From NCBI RefSeq assembly GCF_003790525.1, contig NZ_CP033635.1: 64,000 nucleotides of DNA; one strand, given 5' to 3'. The notes under the pieces are model-generated. The model ran no database searches and was not told where the DNA came from. It saw only the letters and a program-made list of their open reading frames with translations. This document shows, in pieces, positions 54,200-64,000 of the stretch. Every line of letters begins with the position of its first letter. Position 1 is the stretch's first letter. The translations under genes and the position numbers were made by a program. Source of the stretch: Escherichia coli. Its GTDB lineage: Bacteria; Pseudomonadota; Gammaproteobacteria; Enterobacterales; Enterobacteriaceae.

Positions 54200-55063
54200 A
54201 TGCGTTGGCAAGGGCGACGTGAAAGTGACAATGTTGAAGACAGGCGCAATAGCTCCGGCGGTCCGTCAATGGGCGGTCCCGGTTTTCGCCTGCCAAGCGG
54301 TAAAGGCGGGCTGATTTTACTGATAGTCGTGCTGGTTGCAGGCTACTATGGCGTTGATTTAACCGGGTTGATGACCGGACAGCCGGTTTCCCAACAGCAA
54401 TCAACGCGGTCAATTAGCCCTAATGAAGACGAAGCCGCAAAATTCACCTCGGTGATTCTGGCAACCACGGAAGACACCTGGGGACAGCAATTCGAGAAGA
54501 TGGGTAAAACCTATCAGCAACCGAAGCTGGTCATGTACCGTGGAATGACGCGTACCGGCTGCGGGGCGGGACAGTCCATAATGGGGCCATTCTATTGCCC
54601 GGCGGATGGCACAGTTTATATCGATCTCTCCTTCTATGATGACATGAAAGACAAACTTGGCGCGGATGGCGATTTTGCCCAGGGGTACGTTATCGCTCAT
54701 GAAGTCGGTCATCATGTGCAGAAACTGCTAGGCATCGAGCCGAAAGTTCGTCAACTGCAACAAAACGCGACGCAGGCGGAAGTAAACCGCTTATCTGTGC
54801 GTATGGAACTCCAGGCCGACTGTTTTGCCGGTGTCTGGGGGCATAGTATGCAGCAGCAAGGTGTTCTGGAAACCGGCGATCTGGAAGAGGCGCTGAACGC
54901 GGCGCAGGCCATCGGCGATGACCGTTTACAACAGCAAAGTCAGGGGCGAGTAGTACCAGACAGTTTCACTCATGGCACTTCTCAGCAACGCTACAGCTGG
55001 TTTAAACGTGGTTTCGACAGCGGCGATCCGGCACAATGCAATACTTTTGGTAAAAGCATTTAA
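54200..55063 (+). CDS. ypfJ: Putative zinc metallopeptidase YpfJ
   Basis: 287 aa with HEVGHH motif and N-terminal membrane anchor. Confidence 0.9.
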
Positions 55064-55077
55064 CTTCCGGGGCAGGG

Positions 55078-57093
55078 ATGGCTGAACTGACTGCGCTTCA
55101 CACATTAACAGCGCAAATGAAACGTGAAGGGATCCGCCGCTTGCTGGTGTTGAGCGGGGAAGAGGGTTGGTGTTTTGATCATGCGCTTAAGTTGCGTGAT
55201 GCCTTACCTGGCGACTGGCTGTGGATTTCGCCGCAGCCAGATGCTGAAAACCACTGTTCTCCCTCGGCACTACAAACTTTACTTGGGCGCGAGTTCCGGC
55301 ATGCGGTATTCGACGCCCGCCACGGCTTTGATGCCGCTGCCTTTGCGGCACTTAGCGGAACGTTGAAAGCGGGAAGCTGGCTAGTGTTGTTACTCCCTGT
55401 ATGGGATGAGTGGGAAAACCAACCTGATGCCGACTCGCTGCGCTGGAGTGATTGCCCTGACCCTATTGCGACGCCGCATTTTGTCCAGCATTTCAAACGC
55501 GTACTTACGGCGAATAACGACGCTATCCTCTGGCGGCAAAACCAGCCGTTCTCGTTGGCGCATTTTACTCCCCGTACTGACTGGCACCCCGCGACCGGCG
55601 CACCACAGCCAGAACAACAGCAACTCTTACAGCAGCTACTGACCATGCCATTGGGCGTGGCGGTGGTAACGGCTGCGCGTGGGCGCGGTAAATCGGCGCT
55701 GGCAGGGCAACTCATTTCTCGTATTGCGGGTAGTGCGATTGTCACCGCGCCCGCAAAAGCGGCAACGTATGTACTGGCACAATTTGCGGGCGAGAAGTTT
55801 CGCTTTATTGCACCGGATGCCTTGTTAGCCAGCGATGAGCAAGCCGACTGGCTGGTGGTCGATGAAGCCGCAGCCATACCTGCGCCGTTGTTGCATCAAC
55901 TGGTATCGCGTTTTCCTCGAACGTTGTTAACCACTACGGTGCAGGGCTACGAAGGCACCGGACGTGGTTTTTTGCTGAAATTTTGCGCTCGCTTTCCGCA
56001 TTTACACCGTTTTGAACTGCAACAACCGATCCGCTGGGCGCAGGGATGCCCGCTGGAGAAAATGGTCAGCGAGGCACTGGTGTTTGACGATGAAAACTTC
56101 ACTCACGAACCACAAGGTGACATCGTCATTTCTGCTTTTGAACAGACGTTATGGCGAAGCGAACCAGAAACGCCGTTAAAGGTATATCAGCTATTGTCTG
56201 GCGCGCACTACCGGACCTCGCCGCTGGATTTACGCCGGATGATGGATGCACCAGGGCAACATTTTTTACAGGCGGCTGGCGAAAACGAGATTGCCGGAGC
56301 GCTGTGGCTGGTGGATGAGGGGGGATTATCTCAACAACTCAGTCAGGCGGTATGGGCAGGTTTTCGTCGCCCTCGGGGTAATCTGGTGGCCCAGTCGCTG
56401 GCGGCGCACGGCAGCAATCCACTGGCAGCGACATTGCGTGGACGGCGGGTAAGCCGGATAGCAGTTCATCCGGCGCGTCAGCGGGAAGGCACAGGGCGGC
56501 AACTTATTGCTGGTGCTTTGCAATATACGCATGACCTCGACTATCTTTCGGTGAGTTTTGGTTACACCGGGGAGTTATGGCGTTTCTGGCAACGCTGCGG
56601 TTTTGTGCTGGTGCGAATGGGTAATCATCGTGAAGCCAGCAGCGGTTGCTATACGGCGATGGCACTGTTACCGATGAGTGATGCGGGTAAACAGCTGGCT
56701 GAACGTGAGCATTACCGTTTACGTCGCGATGCGCAAGCTCTCGCGCAGTGGAATGGCGAAATGCTTCCCGTTGATCCACTAAACGATGCCGTCCTTTCTG
56801 ACGACGACTGGCTTGAACTGGCCGGTTTTGCTTTCGCTCATCGTCCGCTATTAACGTCGTTAGGTTGCTTAATGCGTCTGTTACAAACCAGCGAAATGGC
56901 ATTACCGGCGCTGCGTGGGCGTTTACAGAAAAACGCCAGTGACGCGCAGTTATGTACCACACTTAAACTTTCAGGCCGTAAGCTGTTACTGGTCCGTCAG
57001 CGGGAAGAGGCCGCGCAGGCGCTATACGCACTTGATGATGTTCGCACTGAGCGTTTGCGCGATCGCATAACGCAATGGCAATTTTTTCACTGA
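55078..57093 (+). CDS. tmcA: tRNA(Met) cytidine acetyltransferase
   Basis: 671 aa, helicase-like Walker A (ARGRGKS) plus GNAT-like C-terminal part. Confidence 0.9.
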   Translation: MAELTALHTLTAQMKREGIRRLLVLSGEEGWCFDHALKLRDALPGDWLWISPQPDAENHCSPSALQTLLGREFRHAVFDARHGFDAAAFAALSGTLKAGSWLVLLLPVWDEWENQPDADSLRWSDCPDPIATPHFVQHFKRVLTANNDAILWRQNQPFSLAHFTPRTDWHPATGAPQPEQQQLLQQLLTMPLGVAVVTAARGRGKSALAGQLISRIAGSAIVTAPAKAATYVLAQFAGEKFRFIAPDALLASDEQADWLVVDEAAAIPAPLLHQLVSRFPRTLLTTTVQGYEGTGRGFLLKFCARFPHLHRFELQQPIRWAQGCPLEKMVSEALVFDDENFTHEPQGDIVISAFEQTLWRSEPETPLKVYQLLSGAHYRTSPLDLRRMMDAPGQHFLQAAGENEIAGALWLVDEGGLSQQLSQAVWAGFRRPRGNLVAQSLAAHGSNPLAATLRGRRVSRIAVHPARQREGTGRQLIAGALQYTHDLDYLSVSFGYTGELWRFWQRCGFVLVRMGNHREASSGCYTAMALLPMSDAGKQLAEREHYRLRRDAQALAQWNGEMLPVDPLNDAVLSDDDWLELAGFAFAHRPLLTSLGCLMRLLQTSEMALPALRGRLQKNASDAQLCTTLKLSGRKLLLVRQREEAAQALYALDDVRTERLRDRITQWQFFH

Positions 57094-57166
57094 CTCCTTC
57101 AATTTTCTCCCATGGTCATTGTGAGTCAGCGGCGTAAAATTAATGACATCAGTTAAGGAGTTCGCC

Positions 57167-57865
57167 ATGAAACATGACCATTTTGTTGTTCAAAGCCCGG
57201 ATAAACCTGCGCAACAATTGTTACTGCTTTTCCACGGTGTCGGGGATAACCCGGTGGCAATGGGGGAAATAGGCAGCTGGTTTGCGCCGCTATTTCCTGA
57301 TGCGCTGGTGGTGAGTGTCGGAGGCGCGGAGCCGAGCGGTAATCCGGCGGGGCGTCAGTGGTTTTCGGTGCAGGGTATTACGGAAGATAATCGCCAGGCG
57401 CGTGTGGATGCCATCATGCCGACGTTTATTGAAACGGTGCGCTACTGGCAGAAACAGAGCGGAGTAGGGGCTAACGCCACGGCGCTAATCGGTTTCTCTC
57501 AAGGCGCGATTATGGCGCTGGAGAGCATTAAAGCCGAACCGGGCCTTGCCTCACGCGTCATTGCCTTTAACGGACGGTATGCGAGCCTGCCGGAAACTGC
57601 GTCTACAGCCACGACAATTCACCTGATTCATGGCGGTGAAGATCCGGTTATCGATCTGGCGCATGCGGTTGCGGCGCAGGAAGCGTTAATCAGTGCCGGT
57701 GGTGACGTGACGCTGGATATCGTGGAGGATTTAGGCCATGCGATCGACAATCGCAGTATGCAATTTGCTCTGGATCACTTGCGTTATACCATTCCGAAAC
57801 ATTATTTCGACGAAGCGCTAAGCGGCGGTAAGCCTGGCGATGATGATGTGATTGAAATGATGTAA
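57167..57865 (+). CDS. ypfH: Esterase YpfH
   Basis: 232 aa from MKHDHFVVQSPDKPAQQ. Confidence 0.9.
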   Translation: MKHDHFVVQSPDKPAQQLLLLFHGVGDNPVAMGEIGSWFAPLFPDALVVSVGGAEPSGNPAGRQWFSVQGITEDNRQARVDAIMPTFIETVRYWQKQSGVGANATALIGFSQGAIMALESIKAEPGLASRVIAFNGRYASLPETASTATTIHLIHGGEDPVIDLAHAVAAQEALISAGGDVTLDIVEDLGHAIDNRSMQFALDHLRYTIPKHYFDEALSGGKPGDDDVIEMM

Positions 57866-57870
57866 TAATA

Positions 57871-57940
57871 GCCGGGTAGGTCTGATAAGACTGTATCAGG
57901 CATCATGGCCGGATGCGGCGTTAACGCCTTATCCGGCCAC
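57871..57940. repeat. REP element cluster
   Basis: GGCCGGATGCGGCGTTAACGCCTTATCCGGCC-type palindromes between ypfH and ypfN. Confidence 0.6.
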
Positions 57941-57945
57941 TTAGC

Positions 57946-58146
57946 TTACTTCTTCGGTTGATCCTTTTTCGGCCAGTCGTCGTCATCGTCCCACTTATCG
58001 TTGAAATCACGATGCGGGGGAAGCTCCGGCTTGTTGGCGAGAAATTTCTTATGGTCGACGCGCTTGAGATCTTTAATCACGTTCAGCAGGACGCCTACCA
58101 AAAAGACAATCACCAGAATCCACCAATATTTAGCCAGCCAGTCCAT
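57946..58146 (-). CDS. ypfN: Small inner-membrane protein YpfN (66 aa)
   Basis: [22 protein letters not shown]-terminus; ORF-track extension trimmed. Confidence 0.85.
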
Positions 58147-58173
58147 GCTTATTTCCTCTTGCGGAACCACTCA

Positions 58174-59301
58174 TCACGCGACGAGCTGTTCCATGATACG
58201 TTGATACATACGGGCAAGTAGCTGCAGGTCGGCAGCGTTCACACATTCATTAATTTTATGAATAGTGGCATTGACCGGCCCGAGTTCCACCACCTGCGCC
58301 CCCATGCGGGCAATAAAGCGCCCGTCGGACGTTCCGCCTGTGGTCAGTAGCTGCGGTTTAATTTCATTATAGTGCTCAACCGCGTTAACGACCGCATCCA
58401 CCAGTTTACCGCGTGCGGTCAAAAATGGCTGCCCGGAAAGCCACCAATCCACCGTATAGCGCAGTTGATGTTTTTCAAGCAGGGCAAGTACCTGCGCTTT
58501 GATCATCTCATCCGTCAGTTCGGTGCTGAAGCGGAAGTTAAACTGCACAAACAGTTCACCCGGAATAACGTTGTTACTGCCCGTTCCCGCCTGAATATTG
58601 GCAATCTGCATACTGGTCGCCGGGAAAAATTCATTGCCCTGATCCCACTCAATAGCCACTAATTCATTAAGGAAAGGTGCTGCGCGATGTACCGGATTGT
58701 CAGCCAGATGCGGGTAGGCAACATGCCCCTGAACGCCATGAATGGTAAGGTTGCAGGTTAATGATCCGCGACGACCATTTTTCACCACATCACCTACCAC
58801 TTCGATACTCGACGGTTCGCCGACCAGGCAGTAATCGAGACGCTCATTACGTGCCATTAACGCCTCGACGACTTTTACCGTACCGTTGTGGGCACTGGCT
58901 TCTTCATCAGAGGTGATCAGAAATGCCAGTCGCCCCGTATGGTTGGGATGTTGTGCGACAAAACGTTCTGCCGCTACCACCATCGCCGCCAGCGAGCCTT
59001 TCATATCTGCCGCACCGCGCCCGAATAACATGCCGTCACGAATGGTGGGTTCAAACGGCGGATTGATCCAACGGTCGGCGTCGCCAGGCGGCACCACGTC
59101 GGTATGCCCGGCAAAGGCTAACGTTTCACCTTGCCCACGCCATGCCCAAAAATTCTGCGTATCGGCAAAGTCCATGCGTTCAACGGTAAAACCGATCGCC
59201 TGCAAACGTTCAATCAACAAAGCCTGGCATCCTGCGTCATCAGGACTCAGGGAAGGGCGGCGAATAAGCTGTTGTGTCAGCTCAATAACCGGGCACGACA
59301 T
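58174..59301 (-). CDS. dapE: Succinyl-diaminopimelate desuccinylase
   Basis: 375 aa M20 peptidase-family protein. Confidence 0.95.
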
Positions 59302-59304
59302 AGA

Positions 59305-59679
<375 letters not shown>

Positions 59680-60041
59680 TTATGAGAATAAATACTCATT
59701 TAAGGGTGAAAACATTTTGCCTGCAAATGATCATCAGGAAATATAACATTATCGAAGTATTCAAATTAACAACTATTAAATAACATTAAACATTTTTAAC
59801 GTAAACATTAAGAATATTCATCTTGTTATCTGTCTGTATTTTAACCAGAATTAAATCAGTATTAGATGCCGTATGAATATCTCGAAATGTTGCTGTGTAT
59901 CACATACAAATTATCACCGCAGGACCATAGTATTTACATAAGGTTTGTCCCCCGGAGGTAGTCATCGCAGCAATCGAGTAAATTAGCTTCACCACGGTAT
60001 ATTGTTTCCGTAGAATACCCATAATTATAAGAGAGGTTGTT

Positions 60042-60101
60042 ATGATTGAACGTGAACTGGGGAACTGGAAAGACTTTATCGAAGTTATGCTTCGTAAGTA
60101 A
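60042..60101 (+). CDS. ypfM: Small protein YpfM (19 aa, MIERELGNWKDFIEVMLRK)
   Basis: Not in the ORF track because of length; ATG with GAGAGG RBS 6 nt upstream; matches recalled K-12 small protein. Confidence 0.7.
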   Translation: MIERELGNWKDFIEVMLRK

Positions 60102-60161
60102 TTCCTGAGACAAAGTACAAACAGCAAGAACCCGCTGAGCAGGTTCTTAATCGGAAAGTTG

Positions 60162-60194
60162 AAAAAGGCGACACATTAGCATGTCGCCTTTTTT
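60162..60194. terminator. Bidirectional intrinsic terminator between ypfM and acrD
   Basis: GGCGACA-N8-TGTCGCC hairpin flanked by A-run and T-run. Confidence 0.6.
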
Positions 60195-60199
60195 ATTGC

Positions 60200-63100
60200 T
60201 TATTCCGGGCGCGGCTTCAGCGGGAAGCGGCGGCGCACCAGCACAAAGAACAGCGGCACGAAGTAAATAGCCAGAATAGTGGCCGAAATCATCCCGCCCA
60301 TTACGCCAGTACCCACCGCATGCTGACCACCGGAACCGGCACCCGTGCTGGTTGCCATTGGCAATACGCCGAAGATAAATGCCAGCGAAGTCATCAGAAT
60401 CGGGCGTAAACGCTGACGGCAGGCGTGGAGCGTCGCTTCAAACAGGTCGTGGCCTTTTTGGTTCATCTCGTTAGCAAACTCGACGATCAGGATGGCATTT
60501 TTCGCCGATAAACCAATGACCGTTAACAGGCCCACCTGGAAGTAAACGTCGTTTTCCAGCCCGCGCATCCAGGTTGCCAGCAGCGCGCCGATAACCCCCA
60601 GCGGCACGACCAGCATTACCGAGAACGGCACCGACCAGCTTTCATACAACGCCGCAAGACACAGGAATACCACCAGCAAGGAAATGGCGTACAGCGCCGG
60701 AGCCTGCGCGCCGGAAAGCCGCTCCTGATACGACATCGCCGTCCACTCCAGACCAAAGCCGTTTGGCAACTGCTTCACTAACGATTCCATAATATCCATC
60801 GCCGTACCGGTACTGACCCCCGGTGCGGCTTCCCCTACAATCTCTACCGCAGAATAACCGTTATAGCGTTCCAGACGCGGCGAGCCTGTCTCCCAGCGTG
60901 AGGTCGCGAAAGCAGAGAAGGGCACCATGCCGCCATCTTTATTTCGGACATACCAGAGATTGATGTCATCTGGCAGCATGCGATACGGCGCAGCTGCCTG
61001 CACATAGACTTTCTTCACGCGACCGCGATCCATAAAGTCATTCACATAGCTCGAACCCCAGGCGGTTTGCAGTGTGTCGTTAATATCGTCGATAGCAACG
61101 CCCAGCGCCTGAGCTTTACGCTGGTCGATATCAATCTGCAACTGCGGACTGTCGTCGAGGCCGTTATGGCGCACACGGGTTAGCTCCGGGTTTTCCGCCG
61201 CCAGCGCCAGCAACTGGTTACGTGCTGCCATCAGCGCATCGTGACCCGCTCCAGCGTGGTCCTGCAACTCCATATCAAAACCCGCAGAACTACCAAGACC
61301 GCTAATTGCTGGCGGGCTGCTGGCGATAACGCGAGCTTCTTTAATCTTGTTAAACGCCTTCGTTGCACGCTCGATAATGGCAAACGAGGTGCCGGTCTTA
61401 CTGTCGCGTTCGCTCCAGTCTTTCAGGCGGATAAACATTCTCGCCACGTTTTGCCCGTTACCCCCAGGGCCAGAACCAACAGTGGCAAACACCGACATGA
61501 TGTTGTCTTTTTCATGGGTGAAGTAGTATTTCTCGATTTGCTCAACGACTTTCAGGGTCTGTTGTTGGGTTGAACCGCTGGGCAACTGTACCGAGGTAGT
61601 AAACATGCCACGGTCTTCCAGTGGCAAGAACGACGTCGGCAAACGCAGGAACAGGAACACCATGCCGCCAAGCAGCAGGACATAAATCACAATCCAGCGC
61701 AGGCTACGGTGGAGAATTTTCGCCACCCCTTTTTCGTAGCGTTCGGCGTTGCGGTTAAACATCTGGTTAAACCAGGCAAAAAAGCCTTTTTGCCCGTGAT
61801 GCTCACCTTTTTTCAGTGGCTTAAGTAGCGTGGCACACAGAGCCGGAGTGAGGATCATCGCTACCAGTACTGACAGCACCATCGCTGCAACAATGGTAAT
61901 AGAGAACTGGCGATAGATGGCACCGGTGGTGCCGCCGAAGAAGGCCATTGGTACAAATACCGCCGAAAGCACCATCGCAATCCCGACCAGTGCCCCCTGG
62001 ATCTGCCCCATCGATTTACGTGTGGCTTCGCGAGGAGTGAGTCCTTCCTCACTCATAATACGTTCGACGTTTTCCACCACCACGATGGCGTCATCCACCA
62101 GCAGACCGATCGCCAGCACCATCGCGAACATGGTTAAGGTGTTGACGCTGTAACCGAAGGCATAAAGTACGGAGAAGGTTCCCATCAACACCACCGGCAC
62201 GGCGATAGTGGGTATCAGCGTGGCGCGGAAGTTTTGCAGGAACAGATACATAACGAGGAAAACCAGAGCGATAGCTTCCAGCAGCGTTTTCACCACGTCT
62301 TCAATGGAGGCTTTAACAAACGAGGTGGTTTCATACGCCACCTTGTATTCCAGTCCGTGCGGGAAATACTGCGCCAGCTCGTCGAGACGATTGAGCACCA
62401 GCTCCGCTGTCGCCATTTCGTTCGCGCCGGAGGCCAGTTTTACCCCCAGCCCGGAGGCTGGCATACCATTGAAGCGGCTAAGATAATCGTATTTTTCCGC
62501 CCCCATTTCGATGGTGGCGACATCGCCCAGCCTTACCTCTGAGCCGTCCTGATTCACCCGCAAGGTGATATCGCGGAACTGTTCTGGTGTTTGTAGCAGT
62601 GACTGGGCGTTAATGGTGGCGTTGAGCGCCTGCTTATCGACGGAAGGCGTACCACCAAGTTGCCCAACCGCAATCTGCGCGTTCTGTGACTCAATGGCAT
62701 CAGTGACATCTTTAGCCGTCATCTGGAAACTGTTGAGTTTCGCCGGGTCCAGCCAGATACGCATGGAATATTGCGAACCATAGGCATCGATATCCCCGAC
62801 GCCATTCACGCGGCTTAACGGATCCTGAATATTACTGGCAACGTAATCGGCAATATCCTGTTTATCCATCGAACCATCGGTAGAGACGAAGGCAATGGTC
62901 AGAATATTGGTATCGCCGGTTTTACGCACCGTCACGCCCTGATTTTGCACCGCCTGCGGTAACTTTCGCATGGCTGATTGCAGCTGGTTTTGTACTTGCT
63001 GCACGGCTTCGTCCGGATCGGTGCCTGCTTTAAAACTTAAAGTGACAGATGCCTGGCCGGTGCCACTGCTCTGAGACGACATATACATGAGATTATCGAG

Positions 63101-63313
63101 GCCGGTCATATTTTGCTCGATAACCTGGGTCACGGTGTTTTCCAGCGTCTGGGCCGATGCGCCGGGATAGTTAGCGGTCACTCGCACATTCGGTGGCGCG
63201 AGATCGGGGTATTGTTCAACGGGCAATGAAAAAATCGCCAGGGTACCTGTCAGACACAACAGGATTGCCAGCACCCAGGCAAAAATGGGGCGATCAATAA
63301 AGAAATTCGCCAT
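60200..63313 (-). CDS. acrD: RND aminoglycoside / multidrug efflux pump AcrD
   Basis: 1037 aa RND transporter, [19 protein letters not shown]-terminus. Confidence 0.95.
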   Translation of the reverse strand: MANFFIDRPIFAWVLAILLCLTGTLAIFSLPVEQYPDLAPPNVRVTANYPGASAQTLENTVTQVIEQNMTGLDNLMYMSSQSSGTGQASVTLSFKAGTDPDEAVQQVQNQLQSAMRKLPQAVQNQGVTVRKTGDTNILTIAFVSTDGSMDKQDIADYVASNIQDPLSRVNGVGDIDAYGSQYSMRIWLDPAKLNSFQMTAKDVTDAIESQNAQIAVGQLGGTPSVDKQALNATINAQSLLQTPEQFRDITLRVNQDGSEVRLGDVATIEMGAEKYDYLSRFNGMPASGLGVKLASGANEMATAELVLNRLDELAQYFPHGLEYKVAYETTSFVKASIEDVVKTLLEAIALVFLVMYLFLQNFRATLIPTIAVPVVLMGTFSVLYAFGYSVNTLTMFAMVLAIGLLVDDAIVVVENVERIMSEEGLTPREATRKSMGQIQGALVGIAMVLSAVFVPMAFFGGTTGAIYRQFSITIVAAMVLSVLVAMILTPALCATLLKPLKKGEHHGQKGFFAWFNQMFNRNAERYEKGVAKILHRSLRWIVIYVLLLGGMVFLFLRLPTSFLPLEDRGMFTTSVQLPSGSTQQQTLKVVEQIEKYYFTHEKDNIMSVFATVGSGPGGNGQNVARMFIRLKDWSERDSKTGTSFAIIERATKAFNKIKEARVIASSPPAISGLGSSAGFDMELQDHAGAGHDALMAARNQLLALAAENPELTRVRHNGLDDSPQLQIDIDQRKAQALGVAIDDINDTLQTAWGSSYVNDFMDRGRVKKVYVQAAAPYRMLPDDINLWYVRNKDGGMVPFSAFATSRWETGSPRLERYNGYSAVEIVGEAAPGVSTGTAMDIMESLVKQLPNGFGLEWTAMSYQERLSGAQAPALYAISLLVVFLCLAALYESWSVPFSVMLVVPLGVIGALLATWMRGLENDVYFQVGLLTVIGLSAKNAILIVEFANEMNQKGHDLFEATLHACRQRLRPILMTSLAFIFGVLPMATSTGAGSGGQHAVGTGVMGGMISATILAIYFVPLFFVLVRRRFPLKPRPE

Positions 63314-63476
63314 TAAAAGAGGACCTCGTGTTTCTGCGTATCGTTGTAGGCTTGACTTGCTTCACTGTAGCGGCAAGGTACGAGCCAATCGTGGAGAAAA
63401 AAAGGAGTTAATGTAAATTATCATGCCCTTTTATACTGAACCTTAAGTGCCACTATTCTTTGGTCAATAAGAGGCA

Positions 63477-64000
63477 TTACATCAGCTGACTTTCCTCACC
63501 CTCCGCAGAGCGAAAGCTAATACTCACTAACGTGCCGCCGCCGGAAGGTTGCGAAAAAGTCAGCGTCCCACCCAATCTTTCCGCGCGTTCGCGCATGATA
63601 TTCAGACCATAATGGCCTTCGGGTTCTTTCGGTTCACCGATGCCAATCCCGTTGTCGCGAATATAGACTGTGTGATTGCCATCCGGCGCGGTGACGCAGC
63701 TAACGGCGATTTCGCTGGCGTTGGCGTGCTTCATCGCATTCAGCACCGCTTCGCGAATAATTTGCAACAAATGCACCTGCATTTGCGCATCCAGCGCCAG
63801 GGTTGGCAGACGGCAGTCGAGGGTCAGTTTGGCGCTGGTTTGATTTTGTAACGTATCCAGCATTTCCCTCAACGCGGAGGGGAGATCCGCCTGCTGCAGC
63901 GTCAGGCGGAAAGTAGTTAACAGCTCGCGTAACTGCCGATAAGCATCATTCAACGCCTGGGAAAAATCGGCCATGATACTTTGTGCGGTGGCATTATCTT
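63477..64000 (-). CDS. narQ: Nitrate/nitrite sensor histidine kinase NarQ, C-terminal part (5' end beyond window)
   Basis: HATPase_c-like motifs (RDNGIGIG, GHYGL..MRERA); frame continues past the window end. Confidence 0.85.
   Translation of the reverse strand, partial: DNATAQSIMADFSQALNDAYRQLRELLTTFRLTLQQADLPSALREMLDTLQNQTSAKLTLDCRLPTLALDAQMQVHLLQIIREAVLNAMKHANASEIAVSCVTAPDGNHTVYIRDNGIGIGEPKEPEGHYGLNIMRERAERLGGTLTFSQPSGGGTLVSISFRSAEGEESQLM

Overview
The window holds about 20 kb of an integrated prophage (1..~19990) followed by about 44 kb of Escherichia coli K-12-type chromosome (yfgI through narQ), in reverse orientation relative to K-12. The chromosomal part is ordinary and collinear with K-12: yfgIHG, pdeF, ppx-ppk, purNM, upp-uraA, hda, yfgD, bepA, perM, the complete focB-hyfR-hyfJIHGFEDCBA cluster, bcp, gcvR, dapA-bamC, purC, ypfJ, tmcA, ypfH, ypfN, dapE, yffB, ypfM, acrD and the 3' part of narQ. 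The prophage part has a T7-like virion gene order on the + strand, then an AT-rich accessory island mostly on the - strand, then a mosaic tailspike and a lysis cassette (membrane proteins, GH19-type endolysin, Rz with embedded Rz1). The candidate undescribed system is the accessory island (12469..15354): three - strand transcription units each marked by the same 15-bp palindrome TTACC-N5-GGTAA, two of them inside near-consensus sigma70 promoters, plus a near-consensus LexA box, a BRO-N antirepressor-like gene, a stand-alone paralogue of that gene's C-terminal domain, and a low-GC two-gene cargo operon (55 aa + 146 aa) of unknown function. Everything here comes from reading the sequence and the ORF track; no database search, alignment or folding program was run, and all family assignments are by recalled motifs.
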